A stretch of 64,000 nt of DNA from Limnothrix sp. BL-A-16 (lineage in GTDB: Bacteria > Cyanobacteriota > Cyanobacteriia > CACIAM-69d): positions 1,792,001-1,856,000 of the forward strand of contig CP166615.1 in the NCBI GenBank assembly GCA_041937175.2, written 5' to 3'. The translations under genes were made by a program, and so were the position numbers. Under the pieces are notes generated by a model that saw nothing but the letters and a program-made list of their open reading frames with translations, was not told where the DNA came from and searched no databases. Positions within the stretch are counted from its first letter, which is position 1, and the number at the start of each line of letters is the position of its first letter. Shown in pieces: positions 20,734 to 30,538 of the stretch.

Positions 20734-21528
20734 TCAAAATAATAACGGAATTAGAAAAGAACCAACACCGCGCACAAAATCCAACACCGAAATTCCCAGC
20801 CCGTTGCCATTGGACTGTTCACGGCTGCCCTTTTTGACATAGCGCTCCAGTTCGTCGGAAAACTTTTCCGCCAAAGCCTGTTGATCGGGATTGTTGGCCT
20901 GGGCAAAGAGCTGGGCCGCCACCCGCCCGTCCCCGATCGCCCCGCCATAGTCCGCCAAGTGCGATCGCGCCACCGCCCGGTTTAGGTAAGCCTCGGCAAA
21001 TTGCGGATCCTGGGCGATCGCCTGGTTGTAGTGATTAATCGCCCCGGCGAAATTGCGTCGATCAGCCTCATACACGCCCCAGTTAAAACGCTCACGCGGC
21101 GTGGCCACCTCGATCGGCAACCCCACGGCCCCAATCACAAGGGCTTGGGTCATGGTGGCCCCGCTCAGATCGGCCCCAAAGAAAACCGCCTCCCGCAGAT
21201 CCGTGCTCACCAAATTGGCATTGGTTAACTGAGCATTGGTTAACGTGGCTCCAAACAGGGTGGCGCTCTGCAAATTTGCGCCGCTCAAGTTAGCCTGGCT
21301 GAGGTTGGCACGGCTCAGATTTGCGCCCCGTAGGTCAGCCCCCATCAGGTTTGCGCCGCTCAAGTTGGCATAAACCAGGCTGGCCCCCGTCAAATCGCAT
21401 TGCACACATTGCCGCGTGAGCAAGAGCGTCTGCACATGTTCTGGATTGGCCCCATAACTCGCAGGACTGGCCAGCACCGTCAGTCCCAATGCCCAGCCCA
21501 GCCCAAGCAGTCCACGCCCAGCTTCCAT
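20734..21528 (-). CDS. Pentapeptide-repeat protein with signal peptide and TPR
   Basis: Signal-like N-terminus, CVQCDLTGASL, A(N/D)LxG pentapeptides, then TPR (AEAYLNRA). Confidence 0.85.
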   Translation of the reverse strand: MEAGRGLLGLGWALGLTVLASPASYGANPEHVQTLLLTRQCVQCDLTGASLVYANLSGANLMGADLRGANLSRANLSQANLSGANLQSATLFGATLTNAQLTNANLVSTDLREAVFFGADLSGATMTQALVIGAVGLPIEVATPRERFNWGVYEADRRNFAGAINHYNQAIAQDPQFAEAYLNRAVARSHLADYGGAIGDGRVAAQLFAQANNPDQQALAEKFSDELERYVKKGSREQSNGNGLGISVLDFVRGVGSFLIPLLF

Positions 21529-21566
21529 GACGGCTTTCTCCTTGCTCTTATGCCGACACCCTATCT

Positions 21567-21770
21567 TAGAGGATGTTTCAAGCGTCCGAATTGATCGTTC
21601 AAGCTGATCGATCGGCCGATCAGTCCAGCCCAACGGATCGGCCGATGAACCCTTGCCCCATTGGCTTCAACTGAAGACCGAGAAAATCCGGGTAGGGGCG
21701 TACGGCCGTACGCCCCTACAGGGTGGATGGGTTTCGATCAACGTTGATTGGGATGATTTTGAACAGGCTC
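21567..21770. repeat. Composite repeat: GTAGGGGCG-type REP palindrome inside imperfect inverted repeats
   Basis: Perfect palindrome GTAGGGGCGTACGGCCGTACGCCCCTAC at 21692-21719; imperfect IR at 21667 and 21747; weak outer ends TAGAGGATGTTTCAAG / TTTTGAACAGGCTC. Confidence 0.55.
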
Positions 21771-22253
21771 ACCGTTAAGTTGAAGCACCTGCCCTTGCCC
21801 GGGCCCCAAAAACTAGCAAAGATTCAGACCTCCCCCCTAGTCAGCTCAAGTTCAGCTCAATTGAGGTCGCCCATCACAGTTGGCTAACCTGAATCAGTGG
21901 TGCTGATTGGGTTGAATTGCTCAGGCTGAATTTCCAGAATTTCGCCGCGCTGTCTTCATTTCAGCCCGCGTCCCTTGGACTCAGAACCATGGCAACAGGG
22001 CAGAAATTGAGGAGATTGATCTCAGCATTGACCCGAGATCGAAGCCGGTTTTTGCTCGACGACAAGCTGTTAGAAACTGAAAAAAAACTTCAGATAGCTA
22101 CAAATTGTCAGTTCCTATGGTCACATCCCGAGAGTTTATGGATAGAATATGCGATTGAAACCGCTATTCGGTAGGGGTTTCAGCCACTCATTCTACTGAT
22201 TGCCGACCCGGAAACTGGGTTGGCTCCCTTTCGCATTCAGGAGATTTCGGATT

Positions 22254-22529
22254 ATGAATAAAGGCGAGCTGATTGATAAGGTGGCCGAAAAGGCGAATGT
22301 CACCAAAAAGCAGGCCGATCAAGTGCTGACGGCCGCTCTTGACTCGATCGTGGAAGCGGTTTCGTCGGGCGAAAAGGTGACTTTGGTGGGGTTTGGCTCA
22401 TTTGAGCGCCGTGAGCGGAAGTCCCGCGAAGGCCGCAACCCCAAAACCGGCCAAAAGATGGAAATTCCGGCCACCTGTGTTCCCGCCTTTTCTGCCGGTA
22501 AGTTGTTCAAGGAAAAGGTTGCGCCTTAG
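22254..22529 (+). CDS. hup: DNA-binding protein HU
   Basis: MNKGELI..VTLVGFGSF..GRNPKTG..PAFSAGK. Confidence 0.95.
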   Translation: MNKGELIDKVAEKANVTKKQADQVLTAALDSIVEAVSSGEKVTLVGFGSFERRERKSREGRNPKTGQKMEIPATCVPAFSAGKLFKEKVAP

Positions 22530-22804
22530 GCAATCCCCTAAGCGCCCTTTCAGGTCTCTGTGGTTGCCATGGCCGACTGGTGTTTGAGGGTCGGTCATGG
22601 AATTTGTTTTACCAGCGCCCAACAATCTGCATGGCAAAGCAGCGAGCTGCCCTTGGGCCGATCGAATGGGCCGATCGAACCAGGCCCGCGAGTTGCAAGT
22701 GCATTGGGGTTTGGGATTAATCGCCCTGGCGGGATGAATCAACGGAAAAGCATCGGTTGTAGACTAAATCCCGACTGCCCGACCCATCATTTTGCAAATT
22801 TGCC

Positions 22805-23572
22805 ATGCACGCTTCCATGGATGCTTCCCCGATCGCCCCGCGCCCGTTGAAGGCTACGGTGCTTCAGTTGCCGGTTCATCTGCTGGATGACTACACCCAG
22901 TGGTTGTTGGATCGGCGACAGGAGGGGGGCGCGCAGGTGGTGACCCTCAATGCGGAAATGGCGATCGAGGGGGAACGAAACGCCCGATTGGGAGAAACCA
23001 TCCGCCAAGCGGATTTATGCATTCCCGACGGGGCCGGCGTGGCCCTATACCTGAAGCTGCGGGGCTATCGCCAAGTGCGCCGAGTTCCGGGCATTGAGTT
23101 AGCAGAATCGGTGCTGACGGCCTTTGGGCGATCGCCCAATGCCTACGGAACCGTTTGGTGCTACGGCGGTCAGCCCGGCGTTGCGCAGGCGGCGGCCCAA
23201 GCCTGGGAAAAACGGGCCCCCGGCATTCAATTTTCAGGGATTTATCACGGCTTTTTGAGCGAAGACGAGCGATCGACCATGGTGCAATCCATGCGGGAAG
23301 CCCAACCGGGCCTGATTTTGGTGGCACTGGGTGTTCCTCGCCAGGAATATTGGATTGCGGAACACCGCCACCTTTGTCCCAATGCCATTTGGATTGGCGT
23401 TGGGGGCAGTTTTGATATTTGGTCGGGCACAAAAGAGCGTGCGCCCGCTTGGTTTTGCGAAAACAATCTGGAATGGCTCTATCGGCTCTATCAAGAACCT
23501 TGGCGTTGGCGGCGAATGCTGGCTTTGCCGAAGTTTGCTTGGCGGGCGCTGCTGGAAACGCTACGCCCCTAA
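22805..23572 (+). CDS. WecB/TagA/CpsF glycosyltransferase
   Basis: VTLNAE, PDGAGV, ALGVPRQE, GVGGSFD and LEWLYRL..EPWRWRR motifs. Confidence 0.92.
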   Translation: MHASMDASPIAPRPLKATVLQLPVHLLDDYTQWLLDRRQEGGAQVVTLNAEMAIEGERNARLGETIRQADLCIPDGAGVALYLKLRGYRQVRRVPGIELAESVLTAFGRSPNAYGTVWCYGGQPGVAQAAAQAWEKRAPGIQFSGIYHGFLSEDERSTMVQSMREAQPGLILVALGVPRQEYWIAEHRHLCPNAIWIGVGGSFDIWSGTKERAPAWFCENNLEWLYRLYQEPWRWRRMLALPKFAWRALLETLRP

Positions 23573-24174
23573 AACATGCCTTCAGGAATGGGAATATTGC
23601 CGTTGTTGTAGTCGTCCCAAACTCGGAACAGGAACATTCGTCGATCGCGGGCAGTGTTGCTGTAGCTTTCTAGCTCCGATCGGAACAGTTTGCGCAGCGT
23701 GGGGTTTTGAGCCAGATTCAGCAACTCCTGAAGCTCGGTTTCAGAAAACTGGCTATCGAGACGACGACTGTAATTGAGGGCGACGGTTTTCCAGCCGGCC
23801 CGCTCCTTGAGCACCTCATTCAACCAGTTAATAAATTTCAGGGACTGGTTGGGCGAAACGGCTAAATCTACAGCATTTCCCAAATATTGATCGTAGCGTT
23901 CTGAAACTCCCAGTTCTTGCAAAACAGCGGTGATCAGTTGCCGTTTGGTCATGGGCTGTTCAGGCAGGGCCGGCGTAGTTTGCGCAAGCCGATCGCCAGG
24001 ATTTTCGCTGATTAAATTCACGATGTCGTGAGGGGCAATATTGCGAGGAGCGATCGGCTCTGTGGCACTGGCTGGCTGCAAATGGGCGATCGCCATGGCA
24101 ATGCAAAGACCGGCCGCCGCAAGGGCGATCGATTGCCAAAAATTAATCCAACGAACTTGCTTGAGATGGGTCAT
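23569..24174 (-). CDS. Hypothetical exported protein (possible DUF2059-like C-terminus)
   Basis: Signal-like N-terminus and YSRRLDSQFSETELQELL helix; overlaps the convergent stop of the tagA-like gene. Confidence 0.55.
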   Translation of the reverse strand: MTHLKQVRWINFWQSIALAAAGLCIAMAIAHLQPASATEPIAPRNIAPHDIVNLISENPGDRLAQTTPALPEQPMTKRQLITAVLQELGVSERYDQYLGNAVDLAVSPNQSLKFINWLNEVLKERAGWKTVALNYSRRLDSQFSETELQELLNLAQNPTLRKLFRSELESYSNTARDRRMFLFRVWDDYNNGNIPIPEGMF

Positions 24175-24242
24175 ACCAGTGACTAAAAAAAGGGGAAAAA
24201 GGGGTTGAAGGATGAAAATCTTTGGCTAATTTGCACAAAATA

Positions 24243-26960
24243 CTAGCGGCCAGATTGCGATCGCTCTCGTTTGCCGATCGTGCCGCGTGTGACTCCCAGT
24301 TGGCTGGACAGTTGCAAATCTTGCCAAAGTTCAGTGCCGGAAATTTCGCCCCGCAGGAGTTGTTGATAGCGGCCGATCGCGTGACTGACCCGATCGGGCG
24401 GTTCATTGAGAAACTCCAACCGGAATCGCCGGGCTCCGGACACAATTAACCGTTGCACCACCTCTGCGCCCGTCTGTGCCACCCCATTAAACACCGTGTT
24501 TCGGCAGCCCGCATCCGCCTGTAACCGATGCTCCACCCCGGCTCGATCGCGCAGGGTAACCGTTTGTTTTTCGCAGGGACGGCCGCAGTTTGTGTGATCG
24601 GTTCCGGTGGACAAAAAGGCACAAAAAACACAATGCTCCATATGAAACATGGGCATATGTTGATGAATCGTAATTTCTAACCAATCGGGAGGACAAGCTT
24701 TTAGCAAATCGACCAATTGATCGGCATTTAAATCGTAGGAAGCCGTGAGGCCGGCCAGTTGAAATTCTTGCTGAAAATAGCTGGCGGCGATCGGGTTGGC
24801 CACATTCAACGAAAAATCACCCATGCAGCGATCTTGGGCAAAAAAGCTGAGATGGTCATAATTGCGCACCAAATAGCCATCCGCATGGCTGTTGCGAACT
24901 TGCTGCAAAATCCAGGTTTCACCGGTTTTGTAAATCCGAGGGGGCGCAACCCAAAGGGTTTGTTGATCCGATTGTTTTTGGGTGCGAAACCACTCCACCA
25001 GCGATCGATATTGGCGCGGATCCTCTAATTCGCAATAGAGCCGATCGATTCCGGCGGCCATGGCGCTGGCCAGTTGGGCCCGGTTGCGCACCAAAACCGA
25101 TAGTTGGGCTGGCTCCGGAGCCAGTTGATCGCCCATGGCGGGCCAAAGATCGCGCGATCGCGCCGTGGCGTGCAATGTCCAGCGGGGTGGCTGGGCCCGC
25201 TGCTGTTCCAGTTGAACCACCAAGTCTCGCCGCATTCGGTTTAGCTCGCTGGCGGGCAAAATCACCTCGCCACTGAGTTGTTGCTCAAAGCGATCGAGCC
25301 GAAAAGCCGTGTTGCCCAGCCGACCGAACTGGTCTTGCAATCGCTCGGTCGTGAGCGGTTGGCGCTCTGCCGCCGCCAGGGGCATGGTGGACACCACTTG
25401 GGCAATGTGGCCCAACTCATCCCGGGCGATCGCGGTGGCGGGCTGACCCAGCACCCCATGGAATTCAATGGCGATCGGGCGCTGAAATTTGGGTTGCTCG
25501 CCCGCGTAGGTTTGGCGCACCCGTTTTTCTAGTTCCGGATCAGAAGTTTTCCACAGCCGATCGCCCGATCGCACCCGTCGCAAATCCAACTGACTGAAGC
25601 GATCGACCCGCAAGCCCCACAGCTCGCCCGATCGTCCCGGTTCCCGCACCTCACAGATGCGGCCGCCCTGTTCACCGCCGGGCCCATCCAGACCAATGCC
25701 ATCGCCAGGGCTGAGGTGCAAACCAGTCGATCGCACCCACAACCAATCGCCCTCCACCCGCGCCACTTCGCCCAAATAGGCCCCGCGCTTTTTGGCATAT
25801 TCCCCATGCACCAGCGCTTGGTTATTGATGCCCTCAAACCAGCCCGTGAATAGACCACGAGAAAAGGACATTTCCAACTCGTAGCGATCGGCCGAGTTGG
25901 TTGATGGCGATGATTGTGGCTGCGATCGCGATGGGGCAAGATGCTCAAGCCCCTTGTCTAGGGTGTTACTCACCGATGGATGGCCGATCTCGGCTCGATT
26001 CTGTAACACCGAGCCAGCAAGGGGATTCAGCCCCTTGTCTACCCGGCTAGCCACGGTTGCCACCGCCCGATCGAGCGCTTGGCGATAAATCCTTGTGGTG
26101 CTGGCCACATATTCCGGCGCTTTCAACCGGCCCTCAATTTTCAGGCAACTGACCCCCGCCGCCACCAACTCCGACAACACCGGCAGCCCAGACAAATCCT
26201 GGGGACTGAGCAGATAGTCCCGATCGCCCAAATCCACCACCTGCCCATCGGCCACCAACTCATAGGGCATCCGACAGGCCTGGGCACATTCCCCCCGATT
26301 AGCCGATCGCCCACCCAACGCCTCACTGGTCAAGCATTGGCCCGAATAGGCCACACAAAGGGCCCCATGCACAAACACCTCCAGCGGCAAAGACAAGCCC
26401 CGATCGCCCAACTGGGTTTGAATTTTCTGAATTTCCCGAATCGAACATTCCCGCGCCAACACCACCAACTGGCAACCCAAATTCCGCGCAAACGCCACCC
26501 CCGCCGCACTGGTGATCGTCATTTGCGTTGAAGCATGGATCGGAAAATCCGGCGACAGATGCCGAATCAACCGCACCAACCCCACATCCTGCACGATCGC
26601 CGCATCCACCCCCGCCGCAATCACCGACTTCAGGTAGCGCTCCGCCTCCACCAGCTCATCGGTGAAAATCAGCGTGTTAATCGTCACATAGCCCTTCACC
26701 CCGCGCCGATGCAGCCAGGCCATCAGCTCCGGCAAATCCGCCTCCGTGAAGTTTTCGGCCCGCATTCGCGCATTGAAGCGATCGAGACCGAAATAAATCG
26801 CATCGGCCCCGTTTTCTACCGCCGCCTTCGCACAGTCCCAATTGCCCGCCGGAGCCAGCAACTCCGGTCGCCCCAGGGGCCGCGAAGCTGTCACCACATC
26901 CTCTGGGCGCGTGGAGCATGGAACATCGGATTGCTGAGCATCGGGCAACGAAGAAAGCAT
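24243..26960 (-). CDS. U32 family 'peptidase' with DUF3656 (RlhA-like, Fe-S-dependent RNA hydroxylation family)
   Basis: PELLAPAG, GADAIYFG, HASTQM, HGALCVAYSGQC..RSANRGECAQACR and KIEGR motifs; second U32-like domain at the C-terminus. Confidence 0.88.
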   Translation of the reverse strand: MLSSLPDAQQSDVPCSTRPEDVVTASRPLGRPELLAPAGNWDCAKAAVENGADAIYFGLDRFNARMRAENFTEADLPELMAWLHRRGVKGYVTINTLIFTDELVEAERYLKSVIAAGVDAAIVQDVGLVRLIRHLSPDFPIHASTQMTITSAAGVAFARNLGCQLVVLARECSIREIQKIQTQLGDRGLSLPLEVFVHGALCVAYSGQCLTSEALGGRSANRGECAQACRMPYELVADGQVVDLGDRDYLLSPQDLSGLPVLSELVAAGVSCLKIEGRLKAPEYVASTTRIYRQALDRAVATVASRVDKGLNPLAGSVLQNRAEIGHPSVSNTLDKGLEHLAPSRSQPQSSPSTNSADRYELEMSFSRGLFTGWFEGINNQALVHGEYAKKRGAYLGEVARVEGDWLWVRSTGLHLSPGDGIGLDGPGGEQGGRICEVREPGRSGELWGLRVDRFSQLDLRRVRSGDRLWKTSDPELEKRVRQTYAGEQPKFQRPIAIEFHGVLGQPATAIARDELGHIAQVVSTMPLAAAERQPLTTERLQDQFGRLGNTAFRLDRFEQQLSGEVILPASELNRMRRDLVVQLEQQRAQPPRWTLHATARSRDLWPAMGDQLAPEPAQLSVLVRNRAQLASAMAAGIDRLYCELEDPRQYRSLVEWFRTQKQSDQQTLWVAPPRIYKTGETWILQQVRNSHADGYLVRNYDHLSFFAQDRCMGDFSLNVANPIAASYFQQEFQLAGLTASYDLNADQLVDLLKACPPDWLEITIHQHMPMFHMEHCVFCAFLSTGTDHTNCGRPCEKQTVTLRDRAGVEHRLQADAGCRNTVFNGVAQTGAEVVQRLIVSGARRFRLEFLNEPPDRVSHAIGRYQQLLRGEISGTELWQDLQLSSQLGVTRGTIGKRERSQSGR

Positions 26961-27536
26961 GATGGGGGTTGAAAGCTGCTGGTGGATTCGTTCAAGAGAT
27001 TCACTAACCAGTATCAGGAAAAAGTACCGCGATCGGTATGTTGGGCAGGCAGTTCCCGCTGAAGTCCTGCGGGCGCGATCGCGGTGGGCTTGCGTGGGCT
27101 GCAATTACCTTTCGTGGCCCTCAGTTTCGTTGAATTATTGGTTGAATTATTTTCAGTTGCGTGAAAGTTGTGCAGAGTGGCATGGTGTGCAGAGTTGCGT
27201 GGAAGCCTGAAATGGGCTAGGCATGATGAGTTAGTGATCAACCGTGATCAGCCGCCATGATCAATCGCCTCGATTAACTGCCTCGGTCAATCGCCTCAGC
27301 ATCCCACTCTGAGCCATCTGCGTGAATGAGTTTGTGCTGATGAGTTTGTGCTAATTGGCCTGTGCTGATCAGTTCGTGCTGATCAATCTGTCCGGGTCAG
27401 TTAGTCTGTCTTAGTCAGGTTGTTCTGAGAATTCTGGCAGTGGGTGCAGGTTCTGGTTCGATCGAGCCGGTGTTTGCTCCCCTGGCCCAGATCGATCGTT
27501 TGAAGTCCCTCGCGTGTCAATTCCTAAATAGCAGCA

Positions 27537-27857
27537 ATGGATCGCCTAAGCATCGTGCAGCCTTTCGGTATTTTGGACGGCAAACAAGCTGGCCCCTTCC
27601 GTCAAGAAGTGAGCGATCAGGTTCAGTCAGGGATGCAACATATCCTGGTTGACTTTCAAGATGTGTCTTTCATGGACAGTTCGGGACTGGGGGCCCTGGT
27701 TTTAGCCTTGAAAACGGCTCGATCGGCCGGAGCCAAGCTTTATCTTTGCTCAATCAATGACCAAGTGAAGATGCTGTTTGACCTAACAAGTATGGATCGG
27801 GTATTTGAAATCTATCCCGACCAGGAGTCGTTCATGGAGCATTTCAATTCCCTTTAA
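27537..27857 (+). CDS. STAS-domain anti-sigma factor antagonist
   Basis: DFQDVSFMDSSGLGALV motif. Confidence 0.9.
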   Translation: MDRLSIVQPFGILDGKQAGPFRQEVSDQVQSGMQHILVDFQDVSFMDSSGLGALVLALKTARSAGAKLYLCSINDQVKMLFDLTSMDRVFEIYPDQESFMEHFNSL

Positions 27858-28184
27858 CGTTCGATTGAAGGCTCGATCGCCCTCGGGGCCTGGCAGTGAG
27901 TGATGGGCAAAAACCCTAGGAATCTGCAAGATCCCTGTGCAATGCTAGGCATCAACGCTGTGGCGGAGTCTCAAAAATCAAGGCGGGCGGATGGGGCGAT
28001 CGCCCATGTGGCCCCTCCACAAAGCCCCAGCGAGGGCCGGTCTAGATTTGCATCTCCGGTGAACTGCTGGTGAATCTTTGGTGAACCCTGGAATTTGGAA
28101 CACCAACTTGCAACCCTAGGCCGAAACACTGGATTTGAGCATTTGCATCGGCCCTAGTTCAACTAGCGGAATGAAAGCGCAGTC

Positions 28185-29087
28185 ATGAGTTGGCCAGACT
28201 GGACGAGTTTGATCGTAGGGATCGGCATTGGGTTTTACGGGGCGCTGCGACGCTCAACCAGTCCGGCATCATCACCAGAAACACCCAAATCGCAAGCATT
28301 GGCCAACTCGTCCGACTCTGACGATTCAGATCCCGATGATTCAGCCTTAGCCGTTGCCTATCATTTGGCGAAACAGTGGGGTGCGTTTCAGGCGGGATTT
28401 TTGGCCCGGACAGCCCATGAGTTGCGATCGCCCATGAGCAGCGCGATCGGGCTGCACCAAATGATTTTGAACGATCTGTGTGACGACTTGGAGGAGGAAC
28501 GCCAGTGCGTGGCCGATGCCAACCAAGCGGCCCAACGGATGGTGAATTTGCTCGATCGCCTGATTGAAGTGTCCAAATTTAATAGCGGAGCCATTGAGCC
28601 AGATTTTCAGGTTGTTGCCCTGTCCCTCATTTTGGATGACGTGGAAGGGTTGACCTATTTACAGGCGGCAAACCGTAACATTGGCTTGGATTTTGAGGAA
28701 CCGCCCGAGGTGGATGTGTGGGTGGATTCCAAGCGAATGCGCCAGTCTTTGGCATTGGTGGTGGATGGTTTGATCACACAGCTTGCCCAAATTGGCGACA
28801 AGGGGCCCATTACCCTGCGCACTTCAGTGATTGAGCAGACGGTTCAGATTCAAATTCAAACCACCTGTGCGCTGGAAACCTGGAGCGACCCGATCGACTT
28901 GATGGATCCGGGGATGTCCGTTGCCCACAGTGTGGCCGATCTGCGAGCGATGGCGGCCCACAGTCAGCTATCACCGATGATGGGCCTGTGGGTGGCTCAG
29001 TTGGCGATCGAGTCGATGGATGGGCAATTAACGGCTACTTCAAGCGAAAACGGCATGGAACTGCTCTGCACAGTTTCCTTGGCTTAG
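28185..29087 (+). CDS. HisKA-domain protein with a degenerate ATPase domain
   Basis: H-box FLARTAHELRSP; N and G boxes not recognisable; N-terminal TM. Confidence 0.7.
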   Translation: MSWPDWTSLIVGIGIGFYGALRRSTSPASSPETPKSQALANSSDSDDSDPDDSALAVAYHLAKQWGAFQAGFLARTAHELRSPMSSAIGLHQMILNDLCDDLEEERQCVADANQAAQRMVNLLDRLIEVSKFNSGAIEPDFQVVALSLILDDVEGLTYLQAANRNIGLDFEEPPEVDVWVDSKRMRQSLALVVDGLITQLAQIGDKGPITLRTSVIEQTVQIQIQTTCALETWSDPIDLMDPGMSVAHSVADLRAMAAHSQLSPMMGLWVAQLAIESMDGQLTATSSENGMELLCTVSLA

Positions 29088-29098
29088 GGAGACTTGGG

Positions 29099-30184
29099 TT
29101 AACGGCGATCGAGAGGTTCCCGCAGTTCCACAGGGGCTTCCAGTAATTGCAGCTTGGCCCGCTCGGCATCGATCGCCACCGGAATCCCGATCGGGAGGGT
29201 GAGCTTGTCGGGCACATGGCCTAGGGCCAACCCCTGCCAACTGGGAATTCCCAAGGGGCGAATCCAATCATCCAGCACGCGGTTGAGGGAAAGGGCCGGC
29301 TCCCGATCGCCTGGATTGTCGCAGCGGGTGCATTGGGCAAATACAAACCCCGCCAACTGATCCAGCACCCCCGCCAGCTTCAGTTGTGACAACAGGCGAT
29401 CGATCCGATAGACCGGCTCGCCCACCTCTTCCACCACCAAAATTTTGCCCGCCCACTGGGGAAGATAGGTGGATCCCACCATGGCCGCCAACACCGACAG
29501 ATTCGCCACCACCAAGGGGCCCTGGGCTTGGCCGGGGTGAATCACTCGGTGGGTTTGCTGGGGTGGATTTTGGAGGGTGGCCGCTGTCCCTGCCATCAAA
29601 ATTTGTTGCCAAGCGGCCGTAGAAAACGCATTCCAGCGGGAAGCGATCACGGGGCCATGGAACGTGACCAAGCCCGATCGCTCGTAATAGGCCAGCAACA
29701 GGGCGCTGATGTCGCTGAAGCCCAAGAGAATTTTGGGGTGCGATCGCGCCAAGTCCCAATCCAATAGGGGCAAAATCCGCGCACAGCCCCACCCTCCGCG
29801 CGCGCAAATAATCGCCGCCACCTGGGGATCGGCAAAGGCCCGGTTTAAATCCGCCGCCCGATCCCGATCGCGCCCGGCCAAATAACCATCTCGATCGAAC
29901 AAATGTCGCCCCGGAACCAGCCGGAATCCTTGCTGAGTCAACCACTGCCAGCCCTGCTGGAGGTCGGCGGCCGCAACACGCCCCGCCGGAGCCAAAATCG
30001 CGATCGTGTCGCCGGGCCGAAGCGATCGCGGCCGCAACAGGGGCCGCATTGCCGGTGGCAATGGCGACAAGGGGGCATCTTCCGCCCTGGCCAGCGATCG
30101 GCCATCAATTTGTGTAGCCAAGGCCAGAGCACCCAAACCCCTCAGCCAAAACCGGCGCGATCGCCCATGGTTGATCATCGTCAA
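29099..30184 (-). CDS. LD-carboxypeptidase (S66) with Tat signal
   Basis: SRRFWL Tat motif; ARGGWG, GFSDIS, FHGP, EEVGE and GH catalytic motifs. Confidence 0.9.
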   Translation of the reverse strand: MTMINHGRSRRFWLRGLGALALATQIDGRSLARAEDAPLSPLPPAMRPLLRPRSLRPGDTIAILAPAGRVAAADLQQGWQWLTQQGFRLVPGRHLFDRDGYLAGRDRDRAADLNRAFADPQVAAIICARGGWGCARILPLLDWDLARSHPKILLGFSDISALLLAYYERSGLVTFHGPVIASRWNAFSTAAWQQILMAGTAATLQNPPQQTHRVIHPGQAQGPLVVANLSVLAAMVGSTYLPQWAGKILVVEEVGEPVYRIDRLLSQLKLAGVLDQLAGFVFAQCTRCDNPGDREPALSLNRVLDDWIRPLGIPSWQGLALGHVPDKLTLPIGIPVAIDAERAKLQLLEAPVELREPLDRR

Positions 30185-30310
30185 TCACTTTTTGAAAAAA
30201 GTTCTGAATAGAAACAAGAGCGGCTCCGCAGCCTGCTCAAGGATTTATTTCATAATCCCGTGATCATCCATGATCTAATCCTGGCTTCAGACAATCTTTT
30301 GTTAAGCTAG

Positions 30311-30331
30311 ACTGAGAATTAATTGCAATAA
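30311..30331 (+). promoter_or_regulatory. Putative Fur box upstream of futA
   Basis: ACTGAGAATTAATTGCAATAA resembles the AT-rich inverted Fur box and lies upstream of an Fe(III)-binding protein gene. Confidence 0.55.
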
Positions 30332-30538
30332 TGCTAGGCTCATACTTCTAAAACGCCGATTATCCAGCCGAGGTGCGATCGCCAGCAGCCATCAGCAATC
30401 CTCGATCGACCCGCCATCCCAGGCGCTCAGTGCCCTAGGGGCAGGCCTGGAATGGGGTCGCGACAACGGCTGATCCTGCTGCCCAGACTGACAATCGCCC
30501 CGAACCGGATTTTCATCAACCTGACCTTGCCAGCTTCC

